Assembly: GCA_024679065.1 (NCBI GenBank)
Contig: JAGIQG010000016.1
Location: forward strand, 1,922,001-1,986,000
Source of the DNA: Sphyrna mokarran
Taxonomy: Eukaryota
DNA: 64,000 bases
Direction of reading: 5' to 3'
The notes beneath the pieces were generated by a model. That model was not told where the DNA came from, did no database searches, and saw only the letters and a list, made by a program, of their open reading frames with translations. The translations under genes and the position numbers were made by a program. Below are positions 36,501-50,090 of this stretch, in pieces. Within the stretch, counting starts at the first letter, position 1. Each line of letters opens with the position of its first letter.

Positions 36501-38974
36501 TTCTTAAAGAAATTTTGTTTGATTAAAGGTCCCTAGTCAGTCATTTGAGTCATATCTGAAGTGAAATATATCATGCTCATCTTAGCTAAATTTAAGATGC
36601 AAAACTTTAGACCAAAGTGGGCTCCATATAACACTTTGGAGTTTCTGACTTGAAGCACAACAATAGTGAGAGGATTTGAGTATAGGAGTCGGGATATTTT
36701 GCTGCAGTAATTCAGGGCTTTGAGTATTGTATGCAGTTTTGCTCTCCTATTCTGAGAAAAGACATTCTTGCTATTAAGCGAGTCCAACGAAGGTTCACCA
36801 GACTGATTTCTGGAACAGCATGACTGACATATGAAGGAGGACTGGATCGACTAGGCTTGAACTCATTAGAATTTAGAAGAATGAGAGGGGATCTCATAGA
36901 AACATAAAAAATCCTGATGTGACTGGACAAGCTAGATGTGGGAAGAACGTTCCCAATGTTGGGGAAGTGCAGAACCAGGGATCACAGTCTAAGAATAAAG
37001 GGTAAGTCACTCGGTACTGAGATCAGGAAAAACCTCTTCATTTGGAAAGGTATGAGCTTGTGAAATTCTCTACCATTGCTGTTGGGGCCAGTTTGTTAGA
37101 TAATGTTCAAAAGGGGACTGGGCGTGGCCCTTGCGGCTAAAGCGATCAAGAGTTATGGACAGAAAGTGGGAGTGAGATCCTGAAAATGCATAATGAACCA
37201 TGATCACATTGAATGGCGGTGCAGGTTTGAAGGGCCAAATGGCCTGACGCGTACCGGACATCCTCGGGCCTCACCTTACTATAACACTGTAAAACACGCA
37301 CACCCAGATGCACGCACACAGACACAGACACACACTCGCACTACACATACATGCATGTATAGCACTAAATAAAGATGTGGAGTGATCACACCAAAGCCCA
37401 GACGACTTGTCCAGTTTCACATCCTCTCCTAATATAGAGAACTGTGTTAACACTGACAGTTGGCCCAAAGCCAGTTGCCCTCTTACCCAATGCAGTCAAG
37501 AGAGTAAAGATCAACTCTGCCCCGATCCTGGAAAAATGAACATCAGTAGAATGATATCAGCACCCATTAGTTCTATATCCAACAGGATTCATTCTCCAGC
37601 TCCAGGACTCATACTGCTGTAAGTAAAATGTTTCCTATTCAAGACAAATTTTTTGTGTACAGCATAAACTCTAGATGTCCCAAAGCACTTTTCAATGAAG
37701 TTCACCTTTTTTATCAAAGTATGATGATTGTTGTAATATTAGTAATGTAGCAGCCAATCCGCGCACAGCAAGATCCCACATACAACAACTTGATTATGAC
37801 CCAAATCATCTGTTTTTTCAGTGACATTTGTTGAGGAATAAATGTTGATTCCAGGATACTGGGGGAAACTCCTCCCACTCTTCTTTCAAATAGTGGCTAT
37901 GGAATTTTTCACACCTACCCAAGGAGGCAGACAGAGCCCCTCAGTTTAATGTCTCATATTGGACTAATTTTCAGGAGTGATAGTTGGGTGGATTGTTGAC
38001 AAAGTCTATTCACCGTAGGTAGTTATTTTGTTTTGAAATACTGTGTCAAGCACCGAGTTCTGCACTAAACCTGGCATTGAAAAGCCACCTTTCCAAACAT
38101 TCACCCGCCATTAGCTTGCTGAGACCTCACCCATTCCGAATGCACGTGAGCAATCACTCTCGTCCCTCTCTTTATTATGTCAAGCTCTTCCATCTGACTC
38201 CCTTCATCCATCCCAGTAAAATTCCATCTCTCATGAGAAACTAACACCCAAACTTTTGTTGGATTATATGGATGGCACTGTCAGTTCTTTCTGTCTGAGA
38301 CAGTTTACAGGATTTGTTGACAAACTGTTCAGAGCAGCCATTATGTTCAGGAGTTCTAATTACTAATCAGACTGTTAAACCAGGCTGCTGTTCACCAAGA
38401 TTTGCATTCACACATTCAATATCTCATGTATGTCAGCAAATACTAAAATGAAGCACAGTTAAATTTTAAAAAAACCTTGCATTTTGATACTACAGTTATC
38501 AGTTCAGACACAGTGCCTTGTTCAAATTAACCAGCTATTTTGTAGAATAGTATTCGCAATAGCCTTGTTTCTAAGGAAATGAAACTTAAAATAATTCCCA
38601 GTGAAATGCAATAGGCACAATATCTTTTCTTTTTATTCACTTACAGGAAACAGGTATTGCAGGCTGCGTCAGCATTTATTGCCTAAGCATAATTGGCCTT
38701 GAGAAGTTGAGGGCGAGCTGTCTACGGCACTGTCTACATTGCAGGTACATCCACTGTGCTGTTAGAGGTGACATGGGTTTGGGTCAGCACATACCCTGAC
38801 AATACAGTCCTCATTTAGTAATGACTTTCTTTGTGTGCGTGCATTGTATGATTATGAGTGATTGTGAGTGTGCAATTCTATGTGCAGATGTGTAATTATA
38901 CATGTGTTTGTATGTGTCAATCTGAGTTCATGAGACAGTGCATGTGGGTGGTTTTGTGTTAGTGTTTCTAAGTG

Positions 38975-39185
38975 TGTTGGAAGGTAAGTACTGAAGGAGT
39001 GTTGCACTGTCAGAAGGTCAATACTAGAGAGTGTTTTACTGTCAGAGGGTCAGGGCAGAAGGAGTGCCGCACCGTCACAGGATCAGTACTGAAAGAGCAC
39101 CAGACTGTCAGAGGGTTAGCACTGAGGGAGTGCTGCCCTGTCAGAGGATCAGTTGTGAGGGTGTGTTGCACTATGGAAGGGTCAA
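38975..39185. repeat. Degenerate 33-bp minisatellite
   Basis: Same unit and orientation as 17950-18300. Confidence 0.85.
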
Positions 39186-39617
39186 CCTCTCCTCATACAT
39201 CTGTCTCTAACCACCCTCTTCTTTTTCCCTGATGCTCTTTATCTGCCTTGGTCTTTTCCTGTCTCTCTGCTTTTCTCTCTCTGTATCTTTATTTATCTGT
39301 CTACCTCTGTCCCTAAACACAATTATCAAATATGATAGGTGGAGAGGGTGAAAGAAGTCCACAATCTGGACAGATATATTTCTGTAGCACAGTAGGAGGC
39401 CATTTGGCCCAACACACCCTGTTTGTTATATCCTTTAATCTGAAACATTCCATTTAGTTCATCTCCCACGTGATAGCAATCTGAAAGAACTGTCTCGTGA
39501 ACTGCTTCTATAAGTTTCCAATCTCAGAAATTCCCCCATTTCCCTATTAAAATAAATTCAGGATTTTCTTCCTCCCAGTGTTCCTGAGCCCACATTCCAA
39601 ATTTCAATGACACTTTG

Positions 39618-40506
39618 TGTAATGCTACTGTGCCTTTAACAACTGTATTTTTTAAATCATCGTTTTTTTTCATTGTTGCCAACCTGTCCACTTAGATGTC
39701 CTTTTGTTGCAGTTTAAATGGAGTTTTGGTTATTTTTAATTTGGGCCTAACACGATGTCCTGGAGTTTTATGAGTGTACAATGTTTTTGAATTGTTGGGG
39801 AGAGCGGGGGGGGGGGGGGGGAGGGAGAGAGAGGAGGAGGAGGAGGAGGAGGAGGAGGAGGAGGAGAGAGAATGATTGATAGGTCAGGTGACAAAAATTC
39901 TTTTACTTTCAGTTTTGGCTACTGGCTGTTTTTTCATGAGAAGTTGTGTGGCTGAAGGCAGTATTGCAGTCTCTCTCCCTGTTATTAGAAATTTTATGTT
40001 GGATGCAATTTTTCTTATCTTCCTGGAGTGAAAACTTTAAAGTAAGTGATTTGCTGGTTAAAATCTAGAGGCCAGCAGTGGCATTATCTCTACCTCGAGG
40101 TGCTGAGATTTCCAGAACGGAGAAGCCAGAGTTTCAATTCTCTATCCAAAGGACTGATTCACAACAGGTATTGCTGAGCTGCAAAATCATGTGAGCATTC
40201 TTGTTTTCTCTACTAAACCTGGGGCAAATGTGTTTATAAGGTTTGTTGTATTGGAACGGTGCATTTAGTTGTTAATGTTTATACAATCTTTTTTTCTTGC
40301 TTATAATTGGTAAAATTTAATGCTAATTTTCTTTCTACATGTTAATTGTATTCTTAAACAAACTTTGTTTGATAAAAGCTTCCTACTGGGTCATCATACC
40401 TGGAGTGAAACATTTCATGCTTATCCTAGCCAAATTCAAAGTCTGAACCTTATGATGTAGGCTGACTTCATAAAATACCTTGGAGTTTCTGACTTGGATT
40501 ATAACA
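39618..40506 (+). mobile_element. Solo LTR with internal G-run/(GAG)n microsatellite (39805-39870)
   Basis: TGTAA..AACA ends, TSD TTTG/TCTG; empty site visible in the paralog near 19200. Confidence 0.8.
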
Positions 40507-42599
40507 TCTGTGTAAAGACCATCTCTCCTTGCATCTGCCCCATCTACATTTCACAAAGGGAAAGCCAATTGGAAGAGGTCATTTGGCCCATCCTACAAAC
40601 TCTACCCCACGAAACCTGAGATCTTCCATTGCACTCTCTCTCAGCCTTCCAACTGACTCCAATGTTGATATCCTCATCCCCTCCCCAGTCAAGATCCACT
40701 CCCAGTTTTCACTGCTCTCTATGATGTAATTCAGTCCTGAACTTCTCCGATTCTCATTGCTCCAACATTGGTGGCTATGTTTTCAGCTGCCCGCAGACCC
40801 CAATTTCTAGAATTCCTTCCTTAAACATCTCTGTTTTTCCCTCTTTTCTCCTTTGAGACTCTGCTCAAAAACCAACCACTTAGACCTAGCTTTTAGCCCC
40901 CAGTGCTTAATATCTCCTGTGGGTCACAGTGATGGATTTCGATCTGATTAACAATCTGGTGAAGATCCTTGGGACATTTTACTACATTAGCCCAAGTTGT
41001 TCTTGTAACTTTGATCTGTGTTGATTCAACATGGAGTCTTCTGACAGAGTGTGTATGCAGTGAACGTGCAGTAAATGATTTGCAGGACAACAAATGAGCA
41101 TGTTCTTTGAGCCAGGTGCCCTCAATTCTACTATGTGAACACATCCTAACTGAAGGACTGCTTCACTGCGTGCAGCCAACACAGTCAAATAGTAATGAAC
41201 AGAAACTTGGTGTCACTGAGCTTTGTTATCAGGTCTGAATGAGCTTTCTGAATGCTGCATCTTGTTCATCCTGTGATAGATTGCAAAAAGCTTTTGCATT
41301 TTGTAAAAGATTACATTCATTAACACACACAATTAAAATGCTCAGACTGATCTGTACAGTCATTTTTATATTTAACATCTTACTCTGGGGAAAACTTGCT
41401 GCTCCAAACCACTAATTCATGTTGTTACATTTTCCCACCAAATTCTGTAAATTTCAATGTCCACAATGAAGGTGAAAATTTCCCATGTGAACATGACACC
41501 TGGTAGTTACACTTTCCTAACAGAGGTGGTGCTGTAACTTGTCCTCAGAGACTGCAGGATATTTCTTATAATTGGTAAAATTTAATGCTAATTTTCTTTC
41601 TACATGTTAACTGTATTCTTAAACAAACTTTTTCACTTTTTCTTTGCGATATCATTAACATACAGGGAATGGGACCAATCTTCACGCTGTGGTTACGATA
41701 TTGTTAAGACAGAGAGTTGGTAAAACCTCCACTCCTCCTTAGAATTGAGAGCAAGGTCAGTTCTGGCTGTGAAATGTCCACACTCATTCCCCTGGAGGAG
41801 AAGGATAGTACCCAGGCTAAGGTGAGGCAGGACATTCATTTCACACAAGTATCAGGCAATGCCCATCTCCAACAAAATGGAATCAGGCCATTGCCCCTTG
41901 ACATTCAATGTCATTAGCATTGGCAAATCCCCCACTTTCAATATCCTGGGGATTACCTTAGATCAGAAACTGAATCGGACCAGCCATATAAATACTGTGG
42001 CCACATGAGCAGGTCAGAGGCTGGGAATTCTGTGGCAAGTAACTCACCTCCTGACTCCCCTCTCTACCATCTACAAGGCACAAGTCAGGAGTATAATGAA
42101 GCAGTCTCCACTTATCAGATGAGTACAGCAACATTCAAGAAGCTGACACCATCCAGGACAAAGCAGCCCCACTTGATTAGTACCTTTCCACAAATACTTG
42201 ATCCATCTGACACACAGTGATAGCCATGTACACTATGTATAAGATGCACTGCAGGAATTCACCAAGGTTCCTTAGGCATCATCTTCCAAACTCATAATCG
42301 TTACTATCTAGAATGACAAGTACCTCAGAACACCATCACCCTGAAGTTCTCCTCAAAGTCACTCACCATCCTGATGCTTGGAAATATATCAGCCGTCCCT
42401 TTACTGTCATTAGGTCAAAATCCTGGAACTCTCTCCCTAACCTATGAGAAACCTATGGGTTTCTTTACACCTCAGAGATTGCAGTGGTTCAAGAACCACT
42501 TCACCATCACTTCTTAAGGCAAAATAGGGATGGGAAATAAATGCTGAGACTTGCCAGTGATGTCTGCATCCCATAAATGAAACTTTAAAAAAAGGAATT

Positions 42600-43860
42600 A
42601 ATTGATACCCTGGAGGAATTTACAGATGAGAAGGTGGAAATGTTAGAAAGGTTACCTTTACTTAACATTAATCAGGTACCAGGACTAAATGGAATGCATC
42701 AAACAATGCTGAGGAAAAAGAAGTGAAAATTGCTAAGAAGCTAGTGATGATCTTCCAGTCTTCCAGAGGCTTAGGAGTGATATTAGAAGACTGGAGAATT
42801 GTGAATGTTATGCCCTTGTTCAATAGAAGTATGAAAAAACAGTCAGAAGCAGGAGTAGACCATTCAGCCCTGCTCTGCCATTCATTTTGATCATGGCTGA
42901 TCATCAAATTCAATATCCTAATTTCCCCTGCCACCGCCCTCCCCCATATCCCTTGATCCCTTTAGCCCCAAGAGTTATATCTAATTTCTTCATGAAATCA
43001 TATGTTTTAGTCTCAACTACTTTCTGTCATAGTGAATTCCACATGTTCACCACCTTCTGGGTGAAGAAAAGTCTTTTCACCTCAGTTCTAAAAGGTTTAC
43101 TTCTTATCATCAAACTATGACCCCTAATTCCGGACTCCCCCAAGGATAAAGTTGGCAAGTGCACGGCAATCAGTTTGAATTCAGTGGTGGGGAAACTTCT
43201 GAAAATTATAATTTGGGACGGTATCAGTTGTCACTTAGACAAGTGCAAGATAATTAAGGGAAACCAGCATGGATTAATTAACTTGCTGCTGATTTTGAGA
43301 AGGTAACAGAGATTGATTAGGGTAATGATGTTGATGTGATGTATCAGGATTTTCAAAAGCATTTCATACAGTGTCATGCAACAGACTTGTAAGCAGAATC
43401 CTAGCTTATAAACTAAAAGGGAAAGTAGGCACTTGAATAAAAAATAGGCCAAGTGACAGAACACAGTATGGTGATAAATAGACAGTTTTCAGATTGGAGG
43501 AAGATAAGTTGTTGATTTCCACAGGGGTCAGTATCCAAACGCTTGTTCTTCTGATATATATTAACTTGGTCTGGGGCTTGATTCAAAATATGCACATAAT
43601 ATGAAGATTAGAAACACTTTCAACTGTAATAAGGATAGTCTTGAATAAATTTCAAAAGGATGCAGCCATATTGATGGATTGGGCAGACAAGTGGCAGATG
43701 AAGCTAATAAAGAAAACTGTGAGGTGATTCACTTTGGCAGGAAGAATATGGAGGGACAGCATAAAATAAAGAGAGAAACTCTAAAGGGGATGCAGGAATA
43801 AAGGGACCTCAGTGTACATGTTGAGGGAGCAGTTAATATCACATTTGATATCTCAATGTT
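42600..43860 (+). mobile_element. Degenerate CR1 with nested minus-strand CR1 3' fragment (~42835-43140)
   Basis: EDWRIVNV.PLF and RT remnants. Confidence 0.75.
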
Positions 43861-44599
43861 ATATATTTAAGAGGTTGCATGATTGCTTTAAGAATTGATC
43901 AAATGATTTGATAGTGATGCCATTAAGATGTTTCACAGGCTGCTGTTAGTTTCATTTTCTACTATGTACAAGCAAGAGCTCCTTGAATATATCTTGTTAG
44001 TTTGAATCTGTGTTTGAAAATCACATCTTTTGTTTTTGATTAAAACCCACAACAACCCCACAAGTATCTTCTAGAGTGAGAGCCTTGAGCATTGCAACAT
44101 TCCTGGTCACAGTAACTTGCTGAGCTAACTCAATCAACATCTTTGGAGATGGCTCATCCTCTATTGAAACCAGGCTGCTTGCACATTAATCGCAAGGAAA
44201 TTTATCTAATAGACTCATTCATAACCCAAACTGACTGCACCTGGATTCTTTTTGACTTGACTCCATCCCTTGACTCCCAACAAGGATATGCCTGCCTCCA
44301 CCTGGTGTGCATCAACAGCTGGGAGGTACTAACCAGTAAATGACTCAAAATCCTCAGCACTAACACAACCCACCATGGTGATAATCTCTGTGTTATTGAT
44401 GCCTGTGCCAATTCACTAGTGCTGACCTCAGAGGATGCCTCAGGTGTCACCTGCAAGTCAGCTGGGCCCTCCAGATCTTGCCAACCCCCCAAGGAATAGC
44501 TGCCAAGGGCATCATGGGCAACAAGGCATGAATGACTGAACATCAGCAGCTAAGTAAAGCAAACTGCTATAGAGCCTCCTTGCTGCCCAGCCCTGCTGG

Positions 44600-46760
44600 A
44601 CCCCTGCCATCACCTGCTTTCCATCCTCCTGTTCCTTATATGGCAGGTCCTCTAGTCCTGCTAGTGACAATCCTCCTCCTTCTTCAGTTGGTCTCCCCAT
44701 TGCCGTGCAATGTTTTGTAAGATGCAGCAGACGATAATCAGGAAGGAGACATGCCCAGGGTCATAGAACATAGAACATTACAGCGCAGAACAGGCCCTTC
44801 GGCCTTCGATGTTGCGCCGACCAATATAAAAAGCAATGACCCTCCAAACTAAACCATTCCCTTCTCTTCCATATACTTATCAACTAACCTCTTAAACGCC
44901 ACCAAACTTGGCGCATCTACAACTGCTGCAGGCAGGGCATTCCACTCCCGAACCACCCTTTGGGTAAAGAACCTACCTCTGATATCCGTCCTATAACTAT
45001 CACCCCTTAATTTAAAGCTGTGTCCCCTCGTGCTAGCTTTCTCCATCCTAGGAAAAAGGCTATCACTGTCCACCCTATCTAAACCTCTAATCATCTTATA
45101 TGTTTCGATTAGGTCCCCTCTTAGCCGCCTCCTTTCTAACGAAAACAACCTCAAATCCCTCAGCCTCTCTTCATAAGACCTGCCCTCCATACCAGGCAAC
45201 ATCCTGGTAAACCTCCTCTGTACCCTCTCCAATGCCTCCACATCTTTCTTATAATGTGGGGACCAGAACTGCACACAATACTCCAAGTGCGGCCGCACTA
45301 GAGTTTTGTACAGTTGCAACATGACGTTGCGGCTCCGAAATTCAATCCCCCTACCAATAAAAGCTAAGACTCCATATGCCTTCTTAACAACCTTATCGAC
45401 TTGACTGCCTACTTTCAGGGATCTATGCACATATACACCAAGATCCCTCTGTTCATCAACACTATTAAGAATCCTACCATTAGCCCTATACTCTACACAT
45501 TTATTATTCCTGCCAAAGTGCATTACCTCACACTTTTCCACATTAAACTCCATTTGCCACCTCTCGGCCCAGCTCTGCAACTTGTCCAAGTCTCTCTGCA
45601 AACTATAACACCCCTCTTCACTATCTACCACTCCACCGACTTTAGTGTCATCTGCAAATTTACTAATCCATCCTTCAATACCCTCATCCAGATCATTTAT
45701 AAAAATTACAAACAGCAGGGGCCCCAAAACAGACTCCTGAGGTACACCACTTGTCACCGAACTCCACGATGAATATCTCCCATCAACCACCACCCTCTGT
45801 CTTCTATCTGCTAGCCAATTCCTAATCCAATTAGCTAAATCACCCTCTATCCCATACATCTGCATTTTCTGCAGAAGTCTTCCATGGGCCACCTTATCAA
45901 ACGCCTTACTAAAGTCCATATATACCACATCAACCGCCTTACCCCCATTGTTCCCTTGGAGCAGCATGGAGAGGCAGCAATTTGGGAGAGCGTGAAGTTC
46001 GAGTGTTAAGTCGTTTTTAACTTTTCTCTTTGTTTAAAATAGCGAGCGGGGGTAGTTTTTGCCGTTTTTTTATTTAAACTAACTGGAAACCGGAAGTTGT
46101 CATTAGGAGGCTGCCGGTAGTTGTAGTTTTTCTAGCTATATAAGGGTCATGGTGGAGGACAGCGGAATCTCATCTTCAACGGGCCCGTAGGCATCATCAG
46201 CCATGACCTCAAAGGAAAGCCCTGTCCCCCAGGAGCCATCCTGGCAGCCTAGGCTGGTCTTCAAAGAGCCTAAGGATGTCCATCCTTCTCAGTACATTCC
46301 ATGGATAACATGCACATACCTGCACGATGATCATCTGATGGTCGCAAATGATTAGGACAGAGGAGTGGAACCCCTTTCATTTGATGAATGGTTGCCCCTC
46401 AGCTTGCAAAGATTGCAGGGCAATGTGTGTCCTATCCACTGCCCCCCCTGGATATGGGGCATCCTGGCAATGGCAAGGAAGCTTGCAGCCTGGACCTCCT
46501 GCTGACACTGTCCAACATCAAAGTGTATTTATTGGCCTGCCCAGGTGAACAAGACTCTGTAACCTGGCAAACACATCTCTGCACTGACACTTTTGAGATC
46601 CCACACTGCTGAAGTGATCCTTTGGTGTATAAGGCCCATTGTCAACTTCACCCTTTCAGGACATTGCTATCCTACTTCATGACCAACAATTGCAGCCCCC
46701 TGCCCTCTTTCCTAAAGGACTGCCAATTGGCTGCTCTTGGAGTAGCCTCCTTTTGCTACT
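44600..46760 (-). mobile_element. PIF/Harbinger transposase remnant interrupted by a CR1
   Basis: Minus-strand, frameshifted IA.MPHIQG.AVD.THIAL, KGFHS, ICDH, GWLLGDRA; LHHDPGHVSFLIIVCCILQNIA reads through the CR1 TSD. Confidence 0.8.
44765..46142 (-). mobile_element. Young CR1 insertion: minus-strand RT/3' end (44765-45948) plus inverted 5'-UTR segment (45944-46142)
   Basis: 372-aa ORF; 8-bp TSD AGGGTCAT at 44757-44764 and 46143-46150. Confidence 0.93.
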
Positions 46761-47337
46761 CCTGAGCCGCTGCCTCCTCCTCTCTGCTGTCACCAGGATA
46801 GCCAGCTCTAGATCAATGGGTTTGATATCCATTCTACATGGTGGGGGTTAGAGACTGAGAGAGAGAGATTGATGGATAATGTTATTTTTGCATCTACTCC
46901 AACACCTTTAAACATGAAAGGGAGGAGGCCATTCAGTTGCCTCTGGGCTGCTTTATGGGAACAGAAGGAGATCTTCATTCACAGTGTTGGCACATTGAAG
47001 CATTTTTACTCATTACTGAAATCTAAGTACAAGGCTTAAACAGAACATCTTTCTAGTTCAAGGGGTGAGGCAAGTGTTGACACATGACTTTGAGACATCC
47101 TGAGGTGATGATCGATGTGTTACAAATGCAGTCCTTCATTATTTCTCTTTCTTAAAGTCTTGTGACTCTCTGCAGAGCACCTTTCATACCACACAGAATC
47201 CAATTACTCTGTAAAGACATTGATTAAAAGCAGTTCTGATCTCTCGAGAGCTGTCGGACAAGAGGTGAGGTCTCATTAACTCCTTTCTCTTTCAGAGCTT
47301 AAGAGTAAGAAGCTGGTGAAATATCTGGGAGTGGACA

Positions 47338-47377
47338 ATGATCAGGAAATCTTACTTCCTCCTATCACTTCTCCAAG
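47338..47377 (+). CDS. Siglec-like gene 2, signal-peptide exon
   Basis: ATG ATC AGG..CAA G|gtaata = MIRKSYFLLSLLQ, phase 1, joins V exon as ..LLQVGLSQDW; possible acceptor ttcag at 47291-47295. Confidence 0.8.
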
Positions 47378-48617
47378 GTAATATCATCGTCAGCTCGGAC
47401 AGATTTATACTTAACAGTCATTTTAACAGATCATTTTTATTCAGCTTTGATTGGAAATCAATTCAGCAGTGACCCCATGTACAAACTCACATCAAGTCCC
47501 ATTCACCCATCACTCTGTGCTCACCAACTCCCCGTCCAACAGCAGAGTTAGAGGAGAGCAGAGACCTGAAAGTTGAAACTGGAGCAGGTTAGAGATAGAT
47601 AGTGGAGTTGGAAGTTAATGGATGAATTGCCATTCAAGGATGAGGATCTTAAAATGAAGGCTAGCTGAACTATGGCAGTGGACGATACAGCCAATGTGTT
47701 GAGATGAGATGAATGGATACAAATTGAGTATTCAAGTCTGTCCTGATACTCAAGCTTTGATAGGAATGGCCAGAAATGTGTGTTCCATTCCTTTTCTTGG
47801 AATTTTCCAGTTGACAACACAGCAGCTCCGAGAATAGACAGGCTGTTCAGCATTACTCTAGCATGGTAGGAACTTTGATAAAGGTGCAACAAATAGAAAT
47901 AGAGAACAAGGCAAAGCTGTGTTTGAAGGTGTCAAATATTCAGTTTGCATATATGTCTTTGCTCTCAACACAGCCAGAGATCAGGCTAGAGCCAATTTGC
48001 CCATGCGTTTCAGTGTCTGCTGGAGCCAGATCAGTGCTGAGCTTGGGAACAAGTCAGCCTACAATGCCGCAAAGGAATCAGTGCTACAATAATAGGGGCG
48101 TTTGGATCAGAAATAATCCTTTAGACAATGGCGTCTCATAAGGACATTTTTATGGTAAGGCAATAAATTCTGGCCTAGCCAGCAAAGCCTCATCCTCTAA
48201 AAAACTAAACTCGTAAATCTAATTCAATCTGCTTTTTGAAGATCTTACAGTGAGGTGAAGCTAATTATGATTCATGATGGTTATGATGATGGGAGTTCTG
48301 ATGGCTCCTCATCCATTGTCCTGTCTTGTCAATAAGCACTGAATGAACCTCCATTGGTGCGTTTTGTAGACATTGTGTTGGATGGAAGAAAGGTTTCATT
48401 AAACAGGGTCCTGAGGACTATGAGCCAATATAGGATAAACTTGTCCACTCCTCTGTCCAGGATTCTCTTCCATCCATTGTGTAACCTTGGGGAATTCCTT
48501 GTGTGTTCTGTAGACGTCTACACTGCAGCCACTGTGCACCAGTGACAGAGGGGGTGAATATTGAGTTTAGTGGATCTACAAATAATGCATTTTAAATATT
48601 GATATTTTTCTCCCCAG

Positions 48618-48980
48618 TTGGATTATCACAGGATTGGAAAGCTGATATTCCACAAGAGGTGACAGCTCTCGAAGGTTCATGTGTACAGATTCCACGTCAT
48701 TACAGTTATCCATCACAGTTGGCAAAACAACCGCGAGTTGGAGTCTGGTTTAATAACAAGAAATGGAATGCATCATCAATAACCTTGCATTCCAAGAATA
48801 ATATTTTTGAGTCAGTACAATTCCGCCATCGGACCCGGCTGTCTGGAAACCTGAATGATGGTGACTGTTCCCTGATTATAAACAAAGTCCGATGGGAAGA
48901 TGGAGGACCTTATTTTTTCAGAGTAGAATTTCACATGGGTCCGAACCATAATTATCCTGTAACCCAGCTTCACGTTTCCA
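48618..48980 (+). CDS. Gene 2, Siglec-type V-set domain exon
   Basis: ccccag|TT..TCCA|gtaagt, 363 bp; W..P.EVTALEGSCVQIP..GVWF..FRHRTRLSGNL.DGDCSLII..EDGGPYFFRVE; essential Arg codon at 48920-48922. Confidence 0.92.
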
Positions 48981-49339
48981 GTAAGTTCCGTATTACAATT
49001 ATTCAACAATTCGCATTCAACAATCGATGGGAAATAACCCAGATGATGAGGTTTACAAACTGAAACAAAACACAGCTTATTATAATGCAGTGTCTGATTA
49101 TCAATAACCTGATGATAGCTTCTAGTTCAGTTCTAAAGCAATCTCTAATACTCACTTTAATGTCAATAGTTAAACAACCTTCCAATAGCAGGGCAACTAG
49201 AATTGTATGCAGTCTTTGTTCTTTCCTTTTCTTTTTTTCTTTTAGGATGGGGATAGAGGGAAAGATAGGGTGATTTAGTTAAGTTGGACAGCAAGGTCGG
49301 TGCTGATTTGGAGGCCGACGGGGCTGTTCCTGTGTTGTA

Positions 49340-50090
49340 ATTTTCTTTGTTCTTTGCTCCAAATATAGCGTTATCAATGTCTTGTACAGTTGTAACATAA
49401 ATTCACAACTCCTGCACTGTGCTGTCACTGATGAAGACAAGCGTGCAAAATGTCTTCTTCACCACCCAGTCTATCCATGACATCACTTTCAAGGAATTAT
49501 ATACTTCCTGCGCTCAAGTCTCTCTGTTCAACAACACTCCCCAGGGTCCTGCCATTAACTGTACATGTTTTACCAAAATGCATTTATCTGAATTAAACTC
49601 TATCTGCCATTCCTCAGCCCACTGGGCCAGTTGCTCAAGGTCCCGTTGTAGTCTGAGGAAACCTTCTTCACTGTTCACTATATCACCAATTTTGGTGTAA
49701 TCTGCAAACTCACTAACCATGCTTCCCACATTCTCATTCTATGACAAATAGATCCAGCACCAATCCCTATGGCATACCACAGGTCACAGGCCTCCAGTCT
49801 GAAAAGCAATCCTTTACCACCATGCTGTCTCCTAGTGGCAAGCCAATTTTATACCCAATTGGCAAGTTATCCCTGGATCCAATCTGATCTAACTTTACTG
49901 ACCAGTCTACCATGTGGTATCTTGTCAAAGGTTTTGCTAATGTCCATGTAGACAACATCTACTACACTGGCCTCATCTATTTTCTTGGTCACCCTTTGAA
50001 AAAACTGTAGAGAATTTTGTAAGACATGATTTCCCATGCACAAATCCCAATCAGTCCTTGCCTATCCAAATGCATGTAGATCTTGTCCCT
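49340..50090 (-). mobile_element. Degenerate CR1 RT fragment
   Basis: VSEFADYTKIG..EEG..RLQRDL..WAEEWQ. Confidence 0.85.

Larger units (their letters stand above)
32002..36662 (+). mobile_element. Solo LTR (32002-32629 + ~36500-36662) split by a long CR1
   Basis: TGTGA..AACA ends, TSD ATAG at 31998-32001 and 36663-36666; halves join colinearly with the copy at 39618-40506. Confidence 0.8.
30500..37260 (+). mobile_element. Old CR1 LINE (30500-32001 and 36667-37260) hosting a SINE, a Penelope palindrome and an LTR+CR1 insert
   Basis: ORF2 motifs resume across inserts: ..LAFI | VRGFEYRSR.. Confidence 0.85.
38975..41785 (+). pseudogene. Orphan paralogous copy of gene 1 3' region (17950-20815) lacking the last coding exon
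   Basis: Colinear matches 18890/39315, 19600-19895/41060-41345, 20620-20815/41530-41785. Confidence 0.7.

Noticed and set aside
47265-47295. Mini-intron in gene 2 5' UTR (gtgagg..ttcag)
   Set aside because: 31 bp is too short for a vertebrate intron; upstream exon and promoter cannot be located from sequence
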